A program made the translations under genes and the position numbers. Below the pieces are notes generated by a model, which worked only from the letters and a program-made list of their open reading frames with translations, searched no databases and was not told the origin of the DNA. DNA of 64,000 bases from an uncultured Methanosarcinales archaeon (GTDB lineage Archaea > Nanobdellota > Nanobdellia > Woesearchaeales > JAGLXL01): the NCBI GenBank assembly GCA_964364045.1, contig CAYIKL010000001.1, positions 24,633-88,632 on the forward strand, written 5' to 3'. Below are positions 18,904 to 28,874 of the stretch, piece by piece (positions within the stretch are counted from its first letter, which is position 1; every line of letters starts with the position of its first letter).

Positions 18904-19662
18904 TTAATGCAGCTTCAAAACCTTCCGCAATCCCATGCTGAACACCAGAGAAAAGATGATATACAATCCCAACCATCCCGGCTTCCATCCAAACAGCGCA
19001 AACTCGCCCAATGGCTTTAACTTCTCATACCTTATCGTTACAGACTTCACCGGCCCCTGAAATGTCTTCGTTTGCTCTGCATACTCCTGTTTTTTTGTCA
19101 TAACAACCTCTTTTGAATATATCTTTCCTTCATGCTCAATGTCAATGAAATATTCCCCTTCCTGAACGCCCTTCAGCACGAACTCAACCCCTGAATTTAC
19201 ATCCTTCACCTTTTCACCGACAACCCCGATCCCAGGAGGAACAACCACCTGTACTTTTCCCTCCACGCCTTCATCAAACAACACATCAACCGTAAACTCC
19301 TCTCCCGGCATGATAGGCATGAACGCCAAATGTGCATTCAGCCATCCAAAAATCAATATGATGGGGATAAACGTTATCAGTGTTGGCTTGAAGCTGTGCT
19401 TCATGTACTGCATGTTGACGCCCATTGCTTTCTTCTGCAGCTCAACAAGCTTCTCAGGACTATCTCGTGACTCTTTCATCTGCTTTTGATAATCTTTCAG
19501 CTCAGTTTTCAGCCGCTTCATCTCCTCCTGATCAGTAACCCACTTATAGATGAGTGTCACAAGCAGAGAAACAAGAAGTGACACGATCACCAGTGCCCAG
19601 AATGACCCGAGTCGTAACAGAGGATTCAGCACCGGATTTGTAAGTGTTTCAACAATTCCCAT
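18904..19662 (-). CDS. DUF106-family membrane protein (archaeal Oxa1/YidC/EMC3-like insertase) with an extra C-terminal domain
   Basis: The three-TM layout with a coiled-coil loop (KRLKTELKDYQKQMKESRDSPEKLVELQKKAMGVNMQYMK) is typical of archaeal DUF106 proteins encoded next to secY. Confidence 0.6.
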   Translation of the reverse strand: MGIVETLTNPVLNPLLRLGSFWALVIVSLLVSLLVTLIYKWVTDQEEMKRLKTELKDYQKQMKESRDSPEKLVELQKKAMGVNMQYMKHSFKPTLITFIPIILIFGWLNAHLAFMPIMPGEEFTVDVLFDEGVEGKVQVVVPPGIGVVGEKVKDVNSGVEFVLKGVQEGEYFIDIEHEGKIYSKEVVMTKKQEYAEQTKTFQGPVKSVTIRYEKLKPLGEFALFGWKPGWLGLYIIFSLVFSMGLRKVLKLH

Positions 19663-19673
19663 TTTTTCCCCAT

Positions 19674-21020
19674 CTATTCTATAAATTTTCTCATCATCGG
19701 ATGCATGTCCATCATATGCTGTTTTGCAATTTCTTCATAAAGATTGTACACGATCATGACTGCCAGCAAGATGCCTGTTCCCCGTGATAATGCTCCCGTT
19801 AAGTCCGCAAGCGCTGCAACCAATCCTACTGCCGCTCCACCCAGCACCGTCAACGGCCAGATGTATCTTCCTAAGATGCTTTCCAAAACACGTGGATCTC
19901 TTCTGAATCCGGGAATCTGTAACCCACTTGCCATGATGTTCTCCGCCTGGCTGCGCGCATCCATGTTTGCCGTTTGCATCCAAAAGACTGAAAAAATAAC
20001 TGACCCAACTATCATGATCAACATATATAACAGTATGCTCGGCAGTGCCGCAATCAAACCAGACAATCCTGTTGTCAAAAGCACGCTCACCACATCCTGT
20101 GGATTGACAAACGCCGGTGTCCCCCATCCTGCCAGCTGGGTCCAGAGTTGAATGTTTGCCAGCAACGCTGCAACAAGAATGACAGGTATGTTTGATGTGT
20201 AAAAGAACTTCAATGGCCACCGTATCCCATGCCCTCTGACGCGGCCAAAACTTAACGGTATTTCAACCTTCATTGACTGCGTATACACCACAATTAAAAA
20301 CACTGCCACTGTGCTGATGATCTTTGCAAGCTGTAATCCCGCAGTTTGAGGATCACCTAAAGTTAAACTCTGCACCAGTGCAGGTATCGCTCCCGCTGCA
20401 ATGTCGGGATTTGTCGGGCTTGGCAATGGATTCAGTGCTGTAACAAATATCTGCTGCGCAACCCCAGCGACGATAAAAAGGCTTAGTCCGGATCCAAATC
20501 CCCACTTCGATATCACTTCGTCCATAAACATTACAAGGATACCCCCTAACATCAGCTGAAAGACGAGGAGCAGCTGCAGCTGGAAAAACAATGGCGTGCC
20601 TACAAACTCCTGCGACGGCGCCAAGCCGCCCATAAAAACATAGATCGCAGCCTCAAAGACGACAAAAAATAGCCCTAACACTTTCTGGAGTGCCTGGAAC
20701 TTTGAACGCCCTTCCGGTGATCGTAAGTTAAATTTCATGATCTGCGCGCCATTCAACAGCTGCAACACGATCGATGCAGTGACTAATGGACCAATCCCAA
20801 GGCTCATGATGCTTCCAAAGCTCGCACCCAAAATAATAGACAAGAACTCAAATTGCTGTAGCTCGTTTGCCCCAAGGCCGAACAATGGGATGAGGCTGAG
20901 CACCAAAAAAAGGATAAGGGTGATAAGCGTCCACTTCAATTTCTCCTTGAATGACAGGCGCCGTTGCTGTGGCCCTCTCACCCCGGGAAGATTCTGAATA
21001 AATTTTTCCCACAACGCCAT
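19674..21020 (-). CDS. secY: Preprotein translocase SecY (archaeal Sec61alpha type)
   Basis: Ten TM segments; the GIGPLVTASIVLQLL plug/TM2 region is of archaeal type. Confidence 0.9.
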   Translation of the reverse strand: MALWEKFIQNLPGVRGPQQRRLSFKEKLKWTLITLILFLVLSLIPLFGLGANELQQFEFLSIILGASFGSIMSLGIGPLVTASIVLQLLNGAQIMKFNLRSPEGRSKFQALQKVLGLFFVVFEAAIYVFMGGLAPSQEFVGTPLFFQLQLLLVFQLMLGGILVMFMDEVISKWGFGSGLSLFIVAGVAQQIFVTALNPLPSPTNPDIAAGAIPALVQSLTLGDPQTAGLQLAKIISTVAVFLIVVYTQSMKVEIPLSFGRVRGHGIRWPLKFFYTSNIPVILVAALLANIQLWTQLAGWGTPAFVNPQDVVSVLLTTGLSGLIAALPSILLYMLIMIVGSVIFSVFWMQTANMDARSQAENIMASGLQIPGFRRDPRVLESILGRYIWPLTVLGGAAVGLVAALADLTGALSRGTGILLAVMIVYNLYEEIAKQHMMDMHPMMRKFIE

Positions 21021-21021
21021 T

Positions 21022-21471
21022 TTATTGCTCTTGATTGATTATAGTTCCTTTCGCACGTTCAATCTTTTCCTTTGCCTTTTCGGAAAATTTCTGCACAGTG
21101 ATATGAAGCTTCTCCCTTACATGCCCGCTTCCGAGAATTTTCTGCCACCCAAGCTTTCCTGCATCGATAATATATACATCCCCTTTTTTTTCTATCTTGC
21201 CTTCGCGAAGCAGTGCACCCATATGCTCCTGGATGAAATCAAGGTTAACAACAGTGCTCCTTACTTTTCTGCCATGAAATGTAAAGCCGGTCCGCCCGAT
21301 AGGATCGTTCCTCTTCATAAAACTTGGCTTCTTATGATCTGACCGCTTTCCTCGCCCTGCATTACCTCTCCCACCTCGGTTGCCTGCTCCACGGTGTTTC
21401 TTCTTGCTTCCCCAGCCATACCATGCACGTCCTCGCATGCGTTTGCTTTTTTTCTGTTTTCGTACAACCAT
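21022..21471 (-). CDS. rpl15: Ribosomal protein L15 (uL15)
   Basis: A Gly/Arg-rich N-terminus (HRGAGNRGGRGNAGRGKR), positioned upstream of secY. Confidence 0.85.
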   Translation of the reverse strand: MVVRKQKKSKRMRGRAWYGWGSKKKHRGAGNRGGRGNAGRGKRSDHKKPSFMKRNDPIGRTGFTFHGRKVRSTVVNLDFIQEHMGALLREGKIEKKGDVYIIDAGKLGWQKILGSGHVREKLHITVQKFSEKAKEKIERAKGTIINQEQ

Positions 21472-21472
21472 A

Positions 21473-21844
21473 TCACATCATCCTTTTGATAAGATCATCC
21501 ATTTTTTCACCGCGATAGCCCAGCGCCCCACCAGAACTGAACGCTTTTTTTACTCCTTTTCTCCCAAATCCTTTTCGCGGGGGACTCATATGTGCAACGC
21601 CTTCTCTCGCCCTGCTCGCAACTGCACCAGCGACCTCATCACTGACCTCTCCCCACGTCACATAATCTTTGACTTTGGTTATCATGCCAAGCGTTGATGC
21701 ACTGTTTTCAAGCATAACACACGCGTTCTTTTTCCTCAGCCTGAGCATGTGCAGTGTATCGAGTATTGCTTTACTCGCTCTGATTGTTCCCCGCACTAAA
21801 ACAACAGCAACTTTAGGCATTGCGTTCTCCCTCACAGAATCCAA
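21473..21844 (-). CDS. rpl30: Ribosomal protein L30 (uL30)
   Basis: KVAVVLVRGTIRASKAILDTLHMLRLRKKNACVM...GMITKVKDYVTWGE. Confidence 0.8.
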   Translation of the reverse strand: MDSVRENAMPKVAVVLVRGTIRASKAILDTLHMLRLRKKNACVMLENSASTLGMITKVKDYVTWGEVSDEVAGAVASRAREGVAHMSPPRKGFGRKGVKKAFSSGGALGYRGEKMDDLIKRMM

Positions 21845-22574
21845 GCTTTTCTTTTACCTCTTCTTGGACTTTCATCTCAACCAGCTTGTTGAGCGCATCA
21901 ACGCATGCGTACGCGACGTTGAGCGTCTTTCGTGCATTGCCGAACACCTTGCTCCATACATCCTGGATTCCCGCAAGCCGCAATATCTTTTGAACTTCTC
22001 TTTGCGCGACCAGCCCTTTTCCTTTTGGTGCCGGGATGAGTCTCAAACGGATAGAGCCGCACTTCCCTTCAACGGCATAGGGCAGCGAGTGCGGTTCTTT
22101 GCAGCCGCATTCCCAGCTTCCGCATCCCCGCCTAATTCTTTTAATGTTCAGTTTCGCTCTTCTGCTTGCCTTGTCGCGCGCCGGCACGGTTTCTTTGCTC
22201 TTTCCATAGCCAACGCCAACATAACCATTCTTGTTTCCAATAACAGCACATGTGGCAAAATTCGGCTTGTTCCCTTCAGCGGTTTTCTTTTGTGTCTGCC
22301 TAAATACCCTCCTCTGCCCGCCGCCAAACTTCCCTTTTGCCTGCCCGATGAGAAGCAGGTCGCTTTCACAGTTAGGAAGAAGCATCTCAATGATTTCAGG
22401 CTCAAGGATGGGGATGTTCCTGTCGAGTATGGAATCAATGTCTGTGATCTTTCCTTCTTTCACACTTCGTCCAAGCGCAGTTCTTGGCTGCCATGCAATT
22501 GTCTTGTCCTCACTCTCTGGCACCGCACCTACTTCTTTCCCGATCTCCGCTTTCACTACTTCTCCTTCTTTCAT
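21813..22574 (-). CDS. rps5: Ribosomal protein S5 (uS5)
   Basis: GKFGGGQRRVFRQT...CAVIGNKNGYVGVGYGKSKE...GSIRLRLIPAPKGKGLVA. Confidence 0.85.
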   Translation of the reverse strand: MKEGEVVKAEIGKEVGAVPESEDKTIAWQPRTALGRSVKEGKITDIDSILDRNIPILEPEIIEMLLPNCESDLLLIGQAKGKFGGGQRRVFRQTQKKTAEGNKPNFATCAVIGNKNGYVGVGYGKSKETVPARDKASRRAKLNIKRIRRGCGSWECGCKEPHSLPYAVEGKCGSIRLRLIPAPKGKGLVAQREVQKILRLAGIQDVWSKVFGNARKTLNVAYACVDALNKLVEMKVQEEVKEKLGFCEGERNA

Positions 22575-23131
22575 GTGCTCCCCTCTATCTTTTTCTTGAC
22601 ATTATCAAACAGCTGGGCAATTGCAACGGGGTTAACCCCCTGTCGTGCGTATCCTGTAAATCGCTCTTTGTTCTGTTGTGCATATGCGGCAATGTGCCCG
22701 CCTTTAATTCTTTCTTCACTGGGCAAAATTGATTCATCGACAGGAACATGAACTCCCGCATCCTTTAGTCCTTTCACGCATGCATATATTCTTCCACCCT
22801 TCACCGGGCTCCGCAATCCTGTATCGAGTACCGCTTCGCGTACATTTTTCTTGAGCGCAAGCCTGCCGAGCAGATAGCCCACAAGGTATGCAGCTGGCAC
22901 ATTTCCTTTATGCGCTTTCCAGCCAAACCGTTCAAGTGCCTTTCCTGTCGCGCCAACAACGATCTTATCACCTTTATCTTCGTATGTTGCAATTTGCGCT
23001 GTGATGTTGCTCAGTGCCGGCCGGACGATAATCCGCGCCATTCGTGTCCGAAGGAGGCGCAGCCGCTTGTAGTAATTTGTTTTCCCTTCCATCTTTCGCC
23101 TGAACGGCACCGTCTTCAGTTTCGTTCTCAT
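22571..23131 (-). CDS. rpl18: Ribosomal protein L18 (uL18)
   Basis: VPFRRKMEGKTNYYKRLRLL...RIIVRPALSNITAQI. Confidence 0.85.
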   Translation of the reverse strand: MRTKLKTVPFRRKMEGKTNYYKRLRLLRTRMARIIVRPALSNITAQIATYEDKGDKIVVGATGKALERFGWKAHKGNVPAAYLVGYLLGRLALKKNVREAVLDTGLRSPVKGGRIYACVKGLKDAGVHVPVDESILPSEERIKGGHIAAYAQQNKERFTGYARQGVNPVAIAQLFDNVKKKIEGST

Positions 23132-23574
23132 TTCATCAGTTTATTTTCTTCGATATACAATTTGATATGTCTCCTGTTACGGAAAAACCCTCCTTTTGAT
23201 TTTAGGTAGAGCATTCGATAAGTCTTTCTTTCTATTTTTTGCTGCTCCCGCAATTTCCCAAGCAGCCTTCGCTGGCTTCTCACCTTGTTGATCCAGCTCT
23301 TTTTGCGCGGCAAACGCGCAGTTTTTGTTCCCTTCCTGCTTCCTTGCCCTTTCCGTTGCCCACGCCTTTTTCGTGCTGCAAGCTTTCGTATTCTTCCATA
23401 TGAAATTCCCTGCATGGGCACTTCGGTGATTGCTCCTTCCCTGATTAAGCCTCGTAAGTCTAATTTTGTGATTGCTTCTTTGATATCTGCAAGCCGTTCC
23501 GTATCAAACTTTACCCTGTAGGGTGAACATTTCATAAGTTCTGCCGCGATCCGTCGTTGGTTTTTGAGGTCCAT
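23128..23574 (-). CDS. rpl19e: Ribosomal protein L19e
   Basis: MDLKNQRRIAAELMKCSPYRVKFDTERLADIKEAITKLDLRGLIREGAI. Confidence 0.85.
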   Translation of the reverse strand: MDLKNQRRIAAELMKCSPYRVKFDTERLADIKEAITKLDLRGLIREGAITEVPMQGISYGRIRKLAARKRRGQRKGQGSRKGTKTARLPRKKSWINKVRSQRRLLGKLREQQKIERKTYRMLYLKSKGGFFRNRRHIKLYIEENKLMK

Positions 23575-23575
23575 T

Positions 23576-24169
23576 TTATGCTCCTTTTAACATTGCCTTT
23601 TCTGCCTCTCGCCGCTGAGCTTCTTTATCTTGAGCTTTATCTCCACTCTTCTCTTCAGTGCTTCTCTCATCGAGCGTCTTTTCAGGCACGCGTTCTACTT
23701 TCTCTTTTCTTTTTTTCTCTAACAAACTTTTCTCTTTCTTTCGTTCTGTCATCTCTTTCTCAACACGTTCCCGAAACCTCTCCGCATCCCTAACATTGAG
23801 GACCATGACTCCTCTTTTCTGTGCCTCTGCAATGATCTGGATCTTTTTCTTCTTTCCAACCGTCGCGCTGATCAGTGCAACATGCTGCGAATCCACCCGT
23901 GCTACATCACGGACATTATGCACGATGAGCGGCAAATACCCTTCTCTCGTCATTCCTCTCACTTCTACCGGGCTCCTGTACCCCGGGCGTACCATTGGTG
24001 CCTTTCCTTTCCTGCTCAGGCGCATCTTTGAATGATGCCCACGCGGTTTTCTCCATACCGCTCCCATTTTTTTGACAAAGCGATGAGCGTCCTGTCTGAC
24101 AAAACGCTTCCGTGTCCTCATCTTCAGTTTCTCCTTCAGTTTCTCGTTCATTGCATTGGCTTCCCGCAT
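23576..24169 (-). CDS. rpl32e: Ribosomal protein L32e with a K/E-rich C-terminal extension
   Basis: RFVRQDAHRFVKKMGAVWRKPRGHHSKMRLSRKGKAPMVRPGYRSP. Confidence 0.8.
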   Translation of the reverse strand: MREANAMNEKLKEKLKMRTRKRFVRQDAHRFVKKMGAVWRKPRGHHSKMRLSRKGKAPMVRPGYRSPVEVRGMTREGYLPLIVHNVRDVARVDSQHVALISATVGKKKKIQIIAEAQKRGVMVLNVRDAERFRERVEKEMTERKKEKSLLEKKRKEKVERVPEKTLDERSTEEKSGDKAQDKEAQRREAEKAMLKGA

Positions 24170-24690
24170 TTATTGGTGATGAATATGCCGTCCTGAAATA
24201 TTCGTCTGTCCCGATGCCGCACACGGGTGAGGAGCTCGATCTGTGAAGCTGTTCTTCCCGCGCTTTCTTTGCTTGCGCTTTCTATGATGAGCTTGTCCCC
24301 TTCTACTTTGACTTTGACATCCTGTGGAATCGTCAGTTTTCTCGGCGCGCTTTCGCCAAGGAAATTTTTGATCACTAATTCACTGCCCGCAACAGCAACA
24401 TTCATGGGAAAATGTGCAGCGCATATCTTGAGTTCATAATGATGTCCGTCGATAACTCCCCGCAGCATATTCTTGATGTGTGCGGCAAATGTGTAGAGCC
24501 TTTTCTTGTCCCGTTTGGTTGCCTCTGCGCATTTCAGCAGTATCTTGCCCTCTTTTATGGAAACTTTAATGCGCGCATCTCTGACGCTGAGCGAGACTTC
24601 CCCCTTCTTTCCTTTAATGATAATGCCTCCCTCTGACTTTGCCTCGACATTTTCCGGAATTTCAATTTCCTCCTGTAGGTCTGTTTTCAT
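24148..24690 (-). CDS. rpl6: Ribosomal protein L6 (uL6)
   Basis: Two-domain L6 pattern, with its position between S8 and L32e. Confidence 0.8.
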   Translation of the reverse strand: MKTDLQEEIEIPENVEAKSEGGIIIKGKKGEVSLSVRDARIKVSIKEGKILLKCAEATKRDKKRLYTFAAHIKNMLRGVIDGHHYELKICAAHFPMNVAVAGSELVIKNFLGESAPRKLTIPQDVKVKVEGDKLIIESASKESAGRTASQIELLTRVRHRDRRIFQDGIFITNKCGKPMQ

Positions 24691-25079
24691 TAGTAGCAGT
24701 ATGCGATCAGTCTTCCTCCTATTCCATGTTTTTTTGCTTCTTCATGCGTCATGATACCTTTGGGTGTTGAGATGATTAGGATGCCAAATCCCTGCGCGGG
24801 CAGGTAGCGCTTCTCCCATTTTTCAAATTCGTTCAGCGTCGTGCTGAAGCGCGGTTTGACTGTTCCGCATTTATTGACGCTGCCGATCAGCTGAAGGTTG
24901 AGCATCCCGCCCCTTCCGTCTGCAACTTCTTCGTACGTGCCAATATATTTATGTTCGTTCATGATTTGTAGCACTCGTTTGATCACTTTTGACTGTGGTT
25001 TTATCGTGCAGCTTCTCTTTCCAACTTTCTCTGCATTCCCTATTTTCGATAGTGCGATTGATAGTGTGTCGTTTTGCAT
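24690..25079 (-). CDS. rps8: Ribosomal protein S8 (uS8)
   Basis: MQNDTLSIALSKIGNAEKVGKRSCTIKPQSKVIKRVLQIMNEHKYIG. Confidence 0.85.
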   Translation of the reverse strand: MQNDTLSIALSKIGNAEKVGKRSCTIKPQSKVIKRVLQIMNEHKYIGTYEEVADGRGGMLNLQLIGSVNKCGTVKPRFSTTLNEFEKWEKRYLPAQGFGILIISTPKGIMTHEEAKKHGIGGRLIAYCY

Positions 25080-25081
25080 GG

Positions 25082-25312
25082 TTAGCTATACTTTTTGAAT
25101 CCGAGCTGCACTGCAATCTCCCTAAAACATTGCCTGCACAATCCCACTCCGTATTTTCGTATATGTCCTCCAACTCTGTTGCAGCGCCTGCAGTGCCTTC
25201 GTGCAAGGCCGCAGCTTCTTTCCTTTGGTTTGTTGAATTTGTTGTATTTCTTCCATTTTACAGGCTTCGCCCGCAACTGTGTCTGTGCTTTTTTCCAGTC
25301 GCTCGTTGTCAT
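25082..25312 (-). CDS. rps14: Ribosomal protein S14 (uS14, zinc type)
   Basis: [25 protein letters not shown], a C4 zinc ribbon. Confidence 0.85.
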   Translation of the reverse strand: MTTSDWKKAQTQLRAKPVKWKKYNKFNKPKERSCGLARRHCRRCNRVGGHIRKYGVGLCRQCFREIAVQLGFKKYS

Positions 25313-25358
25313 CTCAAAATCGCCTCGTTTTTGACGATGCTGAAAATGTCATTTTTCA

Positions 25359-25883
25359 TCATTGTGTTTCCTCTATTTTGACACCAAACTGCTCTCTCAT
25401 AAACTCTTGTGCCTCATGTGGGCTGATGCGATGCCGTATCGGTATACATCTCTTTTGCATTTTCCGCCTGCTGATGTGGAAGCCAGGCCGCTCGAGCGTC
25501 ACCGCAACCTCAAGCCCCATAACCTTTATTTCAGGGTCATAATCCACCTGAGGAATATCAACATATTCTGGGATGCCAAATGAAAAGTTGCCCTGCCCAT
25601 CAAACTGTTTTGCGCTCAGCATCTTCTCGCGTGCTTCCAACAGGTTTTTGAGCAGCGCTTCAGCTTTTTTTCCACGTAATGTGACTTTGCATCCTATGGC
25701 AAGCCCAGGTCGCAACGCCCATGTCGGGATCCGTTTATGAGTGATTGTTTTCAATGGCTCGATGCCAGTGATATTCTTGAGCAATTTCAGCCCCTTCTTG
25801 AGTTTATCTTCATCCTTTCCTGCCCCTACATTGAGCGTAATCTTCTCAATTCTTATTTTTCTCATCGGATTTGCTTTATTCAT
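25359..25883 (-). CDS. rpl5: Ribosomal protein L5 (uL5)
   Basis: NPMRKIRIEKITLNVGAGKDEDKL, with its position between S14 and S4e. Confidence 0.85.
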   Translation of the reverse strand: MNKANPMRKIRIEKITLNVGAGKDEDKLKKGLKLLKNITGIEPLKTITHKRIPTWALRPGLAIGCKVTLRGKKAEALLKNLLEAREKMLSAKQFDGQGNFSFGIPEYVDIPQVDYDPEIKVMGLEVAVTLERPGFHISRRKMQKRCIPIRHRISPHEAQEFMREQFGVKIEETQ

Positions 25884-26556
25884 TGAGTTTCAGCAGTGGC
25901 TTCCCTTCCCCCACGACCGTAACATATTTTTTAAGTGTTTCAAGCCTGTTTTTAGCATGCTCAAAGACCACGTTCTGCTTGCTGATGTCCTGCAGCACTC
26001 CATGGCTTCCGCTGTGCTTGCCGCCGGTTAAATACACGTATGCTCCTTTTTTCAGTTTTACAATGCTCATCTTCTTGTCCTTCAGGTGAAGCACAACCGC
26101 ATCACCGACATGAACCTCTTCATCAACATTGAAGTTTCTCCCATCATGAAGTGTAATCTGTGTTTTGCCGCCTTTTGTTTTACGCTTGCCGGTGACTTTG
26201 CATATCTTCATCTCACTTTCTTTTGCATCAATCGAGCTGAGCTGTAGCTTTCCATTACTGCCCAGCATGACCCTGTACTGCTCTTTTGCCTGCGGCAGGC
26301 TTAAGACATCAAACAGACCGATGCTTGAGCGAATCTCTTTCAGCTCTTTGCCATCGACAAGCACTCCTTTCTGCCGGAGCACATGGCGCAGCTCCCGTGC
26401 ACTTTGCACATGATGGAGCATGTCGCGCATCACGACAAGGATAGGCAGTGACAGCTCGAGTTTATGGCCTGAGGGAAATGGTCGTACAACGTACTTTTTC
26501 TCTTTCCGCAGTATGCCCCACTGCCGGGGCGCATTGAGTTTTTTGAGGTGAGTCAT
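25876..26556 (-). CDS. rps4e: Ribosomal protein S4e
   Basis: MTHLKKLNAPRQWGILRKEKKYVVRPFPSGHKLELSLPILVVMRDML. Confidence 0.85.
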   Translation of the reverse strand: MTHLKKLNAPRQWGILRKEKKYVVRPFPSGHKLELSLPILVVMRDMLHHVQSARELRHVLRQKGVLVDGKELKEIRSSIGLFDVLSLPQAKEQYRVMLGSNGKLQLSSIDAKESEMKICKVTGKRKTKGGKTQITLHDGRNFNVDEEVHVGDAVVLHLKDKKMSIVKLKKGAYVYLTGGKHSGSHGVLQDISKQNVVFEHAKNRLETLKKYVTVVGEGKPLLKLNE

Positions 26557-26963
26557 TTTTCCAATCCTTCCTTTCTTTTCTTATCCGTCATATCGAGTTC
26601 GATGAGCATGACGTTTGAGGGATGTATTGGGAGCATCACTTTCGTTCCTTCTTTTTTTACTGCCTCTATGCCGGTAATATAAAGCTTTTCTCCCTTCCTG
26701 TCAACACGCTCAACCTTTCCCTCTCTTTTCCTGAATAGTCCTCGTAATATCTTCACTTTATCACCTGCTCTCACCGGCACGTTTCTCTTCTTGTATTTAC
26801 TGCGAAGCTCCTTCGAAAGGTGCACATTCACTAGCTTTTTCCGTAAATGCAGCGGCAGGTGCACGCGGTACTTACGCTGCTTCCGTGCCTTGATGCTCCC
26901 TTTCCACTTTGTTGAAAATTTTTTCATACGATAATGCTTGCAAGCCGTGCTACAGCCGGCCAC
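26553..26963 (-). CDS. rpl24: Ribosomal protein L24 (uL24)
   Basis: KOW motif VRAGDKVKILRGLFRKREGKVERV. Confidence 0.85.
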   Translation of the reverse strand: MAGCSTACKHYRMKKFSTKWKGSIKARKQRKYRVHLPLHLRKKLVNVHLSKELRSKYKKRNVPVRAGDKVKILRGLFRKREGKVERVDRKGEKLYITGIEAVKKEGTKVMLPIHPSNVMLIELDMTDKKRKEGLEK

Positions 26964-27325
26964 CGGTCTGCTGCCTCCTTTGCAACAGGCCCCTTAATAA
27001 GCGTCCCTTTTGGGTTTCCATCCTCGTCTTTAAGGACAACGATCGCGTTATCTTCGAACTTTACCCGTGTTCCATCAATGCGCCTGAATTCTTTCTTCTG
27101 TCGTACGATGATGCCGAACACAACCTGCTTTCTCATCTCCGGCTTTCCGCGCTTGACGCTTGCAAGCACCATATCTCCGATGCCTGCAGCCTGTATCCTG
27201 CCTTTCGTCGTATTATGTCCCTTGACGCTAAACACTCGAACAGTCTTCGCGCCAGAGTTATCACACGTAGCCAAGACTGCTCCAAACGGTATTCCCCGTG
27301 TAATACGTGACTTTACTGCTTTCAT
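26924..27325 (-). CDS. rpl14: Ribosomal protein L14 (uL14)
   Basis: GIPFGAVLATCDNSGAKTVRVFSVKG. Confidence 0.85.
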   Translation of the reverse strand: MKAVKSRITRGIPFGAVLATCDNSGAKTVRVFSVKGHNTTKGRIQAAGIGDMVLASVKRGKPEMRKQVVFGIIVRQKKEFRRIDGTRVKFEDNAIVVLKDEDGNPKGTLIKGPVAKEAADRWPAVARLASIIV

Positions 27326-27633
27326 TTCCCTACCTTTTCTACAATGACAAAATGTTTTGTCTTGCTCAATGGCCTTGTTTTCATGACTTTAACTGTATCC
27401 CCTATCTGCGCTCCGATGCAGTCTGGATTGTGCACACGAAGGCGCGAACGCCGCTGCTCATATCGCTCATACTTCGGCACATAATGCTGCCGGCTCCATT
27501 CGATGGTGGCGCTCCTGCTTGCGTCTTTTCGTATGACTTTCCCTGTATAATTCTCACTCTTTATCCGCAGCGCTCCATGAAACGGACATTTTTTGTCTGT
27601 GCAGCCTGCTGTCTTTTTTCGTTTCTCAGCCAT
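27322..27633 (-). CDS. rps17: Ribosomal protein S17 (uS17)
   Basis: KKCPFHGALRIKSENYTGKVIRK...GDTVKVMKTRPLSKTKHFVIVEKV. Confidence 0.85.
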   Translation of the reverse strand: MAEKRKKTAGCTDKKCPFHGALRIKSENYTGKVIRKDASRSATIEWSRQHYVPKYERYEQRRSRLRVHNPDCIGAQIGDTVKVMKTRPLSKTKHFVIVEKVGK

Positions 27634-27937
27634 TCTTAACCTCGATCATTTCTTCAGGAAAGCCAAACTCCATGAGTACCCGCTTTGCGCGCGGCTTGTG
27701 ATCTCCCTGTAGTTCGATTCGGTTGTCCTTTGATGTTCCTCCGCATGCGAATTTCGCCTTGAGTTTCCATGCCAGTTCATCGAGATCAACGCCCTTGCTG
27801 AATCCTCTGAAGACCGTATACTTCTTTCCAAATTTTCTTTTTTCCATCGTTACCTCGATCTTTTGGCTTTCTTTTGCGATTGTTTCGCAGACGCACAGGT
27901 CTTTCGGCAATCCGCAGTTTGAGCAAATCTCTGACAT
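27626..27937 (-). CDS. sui1: Translation initiation factor SUI1 (aIF1)
   Basis: KRKFGKKYTVFRGF...KLKAKFACGGTSKDNRIELQGDHKPRAKRVLMEFGF. Confidence 0.8.
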   Translation of the reverse strand: MSEICSNCGLPKDLCVCETIAKESQKIEVTMEKRKFGKKYTVFRGFSKGVDLDELAWKLKAKFACGGTSKDNRIELQGDHKPRAKRVLMEFGFPEEMIEVKNG

Positions 27938-28161
27938 TATCCTGTCGCGACCCCCTGTAGAGCGCTTATCCGCGCAATGTTCCTTCGCACTGCACGCACT
28001 TTTCCTGGATTCTTCGGCGTTGCGCCGATTGCTATCTGCGCTCGTTCTTTCATAAGCTCTCTCTTGAGTTCAGTGAGCTTTTCCTGAAGCTCGTTCTTAT
28101 TCAGTGCCTTCAGTTCCTTCGCTTTCATTTTTTTCCTCAGCTGTTTCCGTTTTTGTCTCAA
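27937..28161 (-). CDS. rpl29: Ribosomal protein L29 (uL29)
   Basis: ELKALNKNELQEKLTELKRELMKERAQIAIGATPKNPGKVRAVRRNIARI. Confidence 0.8.
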   Translation of the reverse strand: MRQKRKQLRKKMKAKELKALNKNELQEKLTELKRELMKERAQIAIGATPKNPGKVRAVRRNIARISALQGVATG

Positions 28162-28858
28162 TGATATCGGTTTTACTCTCCTTTACCTCTGCTTTCACCT
28201 TTCGCGCCCTTTTTCGTTTCTCCTTTTTGACTTCCTCAACCTTGGGCGCCTCTGTAACCACTTTTTCTTTGAGCTTGATGTCATCCGGCAGCTTTATCCC
28301 CGGCGGCATGATGCTGATGCGTATCCCGATTGTTCCTGGCTTGAGCTGCGCAGATCGTGTTGACTTTCGTACTGCCTCTTGCGCTGCATCACCACATTTC
28401 TTCACATATCCCCGATAAAAGCGCCATGAGCGTGCACGCGCTCCGGGAACTTTTCCCGAGATAATGACTTCTACTCCGCGTGCTCCAGCCTCCATGACTT
28501 TCTCCATCATCTTATGGCCTATCCCCTTGAATCGCGTTGTTCCGAAGCGCTCCAGTGAGGCAACAATCTTTTCTGCAACGATACTTGGATCGAGAAACAC
28601 ATTCTCGACTTCACTGATTTCGATCTGCGGATTTTCAAGGTTGAACTGTTTCTTCAGCTGCTTTGTAAGTTCTTTGATATTGGCGCCCCTTCTTCCGACA
28701 ACTAATCCCGGCCTGCTTGCATATATTATTATTTTTTCTCCCAACGGCGTCTTCCTCATTACCGTGTGGCTGTGCCCAACATTGCCGAGCGACTTATCTA
28801 CAAATTCCTGAATCTGGTACTCTTTGATCTTCTGTGTGATAAACTCTCTTTCCATCAT
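28097..28858 (-). CDS. rps3: Ribosomal protein S3 (uS3) with an acidic/K-rich C-terminal tail
   Basis: KH domain: KIIIYASRPGLVVGRRGANIKELTKQLKKQF...RFKGIGHKMMEKVMEAGARGVEVIISGK. The start is at MMEREF, 17 nt after the L22 stop. Confidence 0.85.
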   Translation of the reverse strand: MMEREFITQKIKEYQIQEFVDKSLGNVGHSHTVMRKTPLGEKIIIYASRPGLVVGRRGANIKELTKQLKKQFNLENPQIEISEVENVFLDPSIVAEKIVASLERFGTTRFKGIGHKMMEKVMEAGARGVEVIISGKVPGARARSWRFYRGYVKKCGDAAQEAVRKSTRSAQLKPGTIGIRISIMPPGIKLPDDIKLKEKVVTEAPKVEEVKKEKRKRARKVKAEVKESKTDIIETKTETAEEKNESEGTEGTE

Positions 28859-28874
28859 AAAAATCTCACCCAGA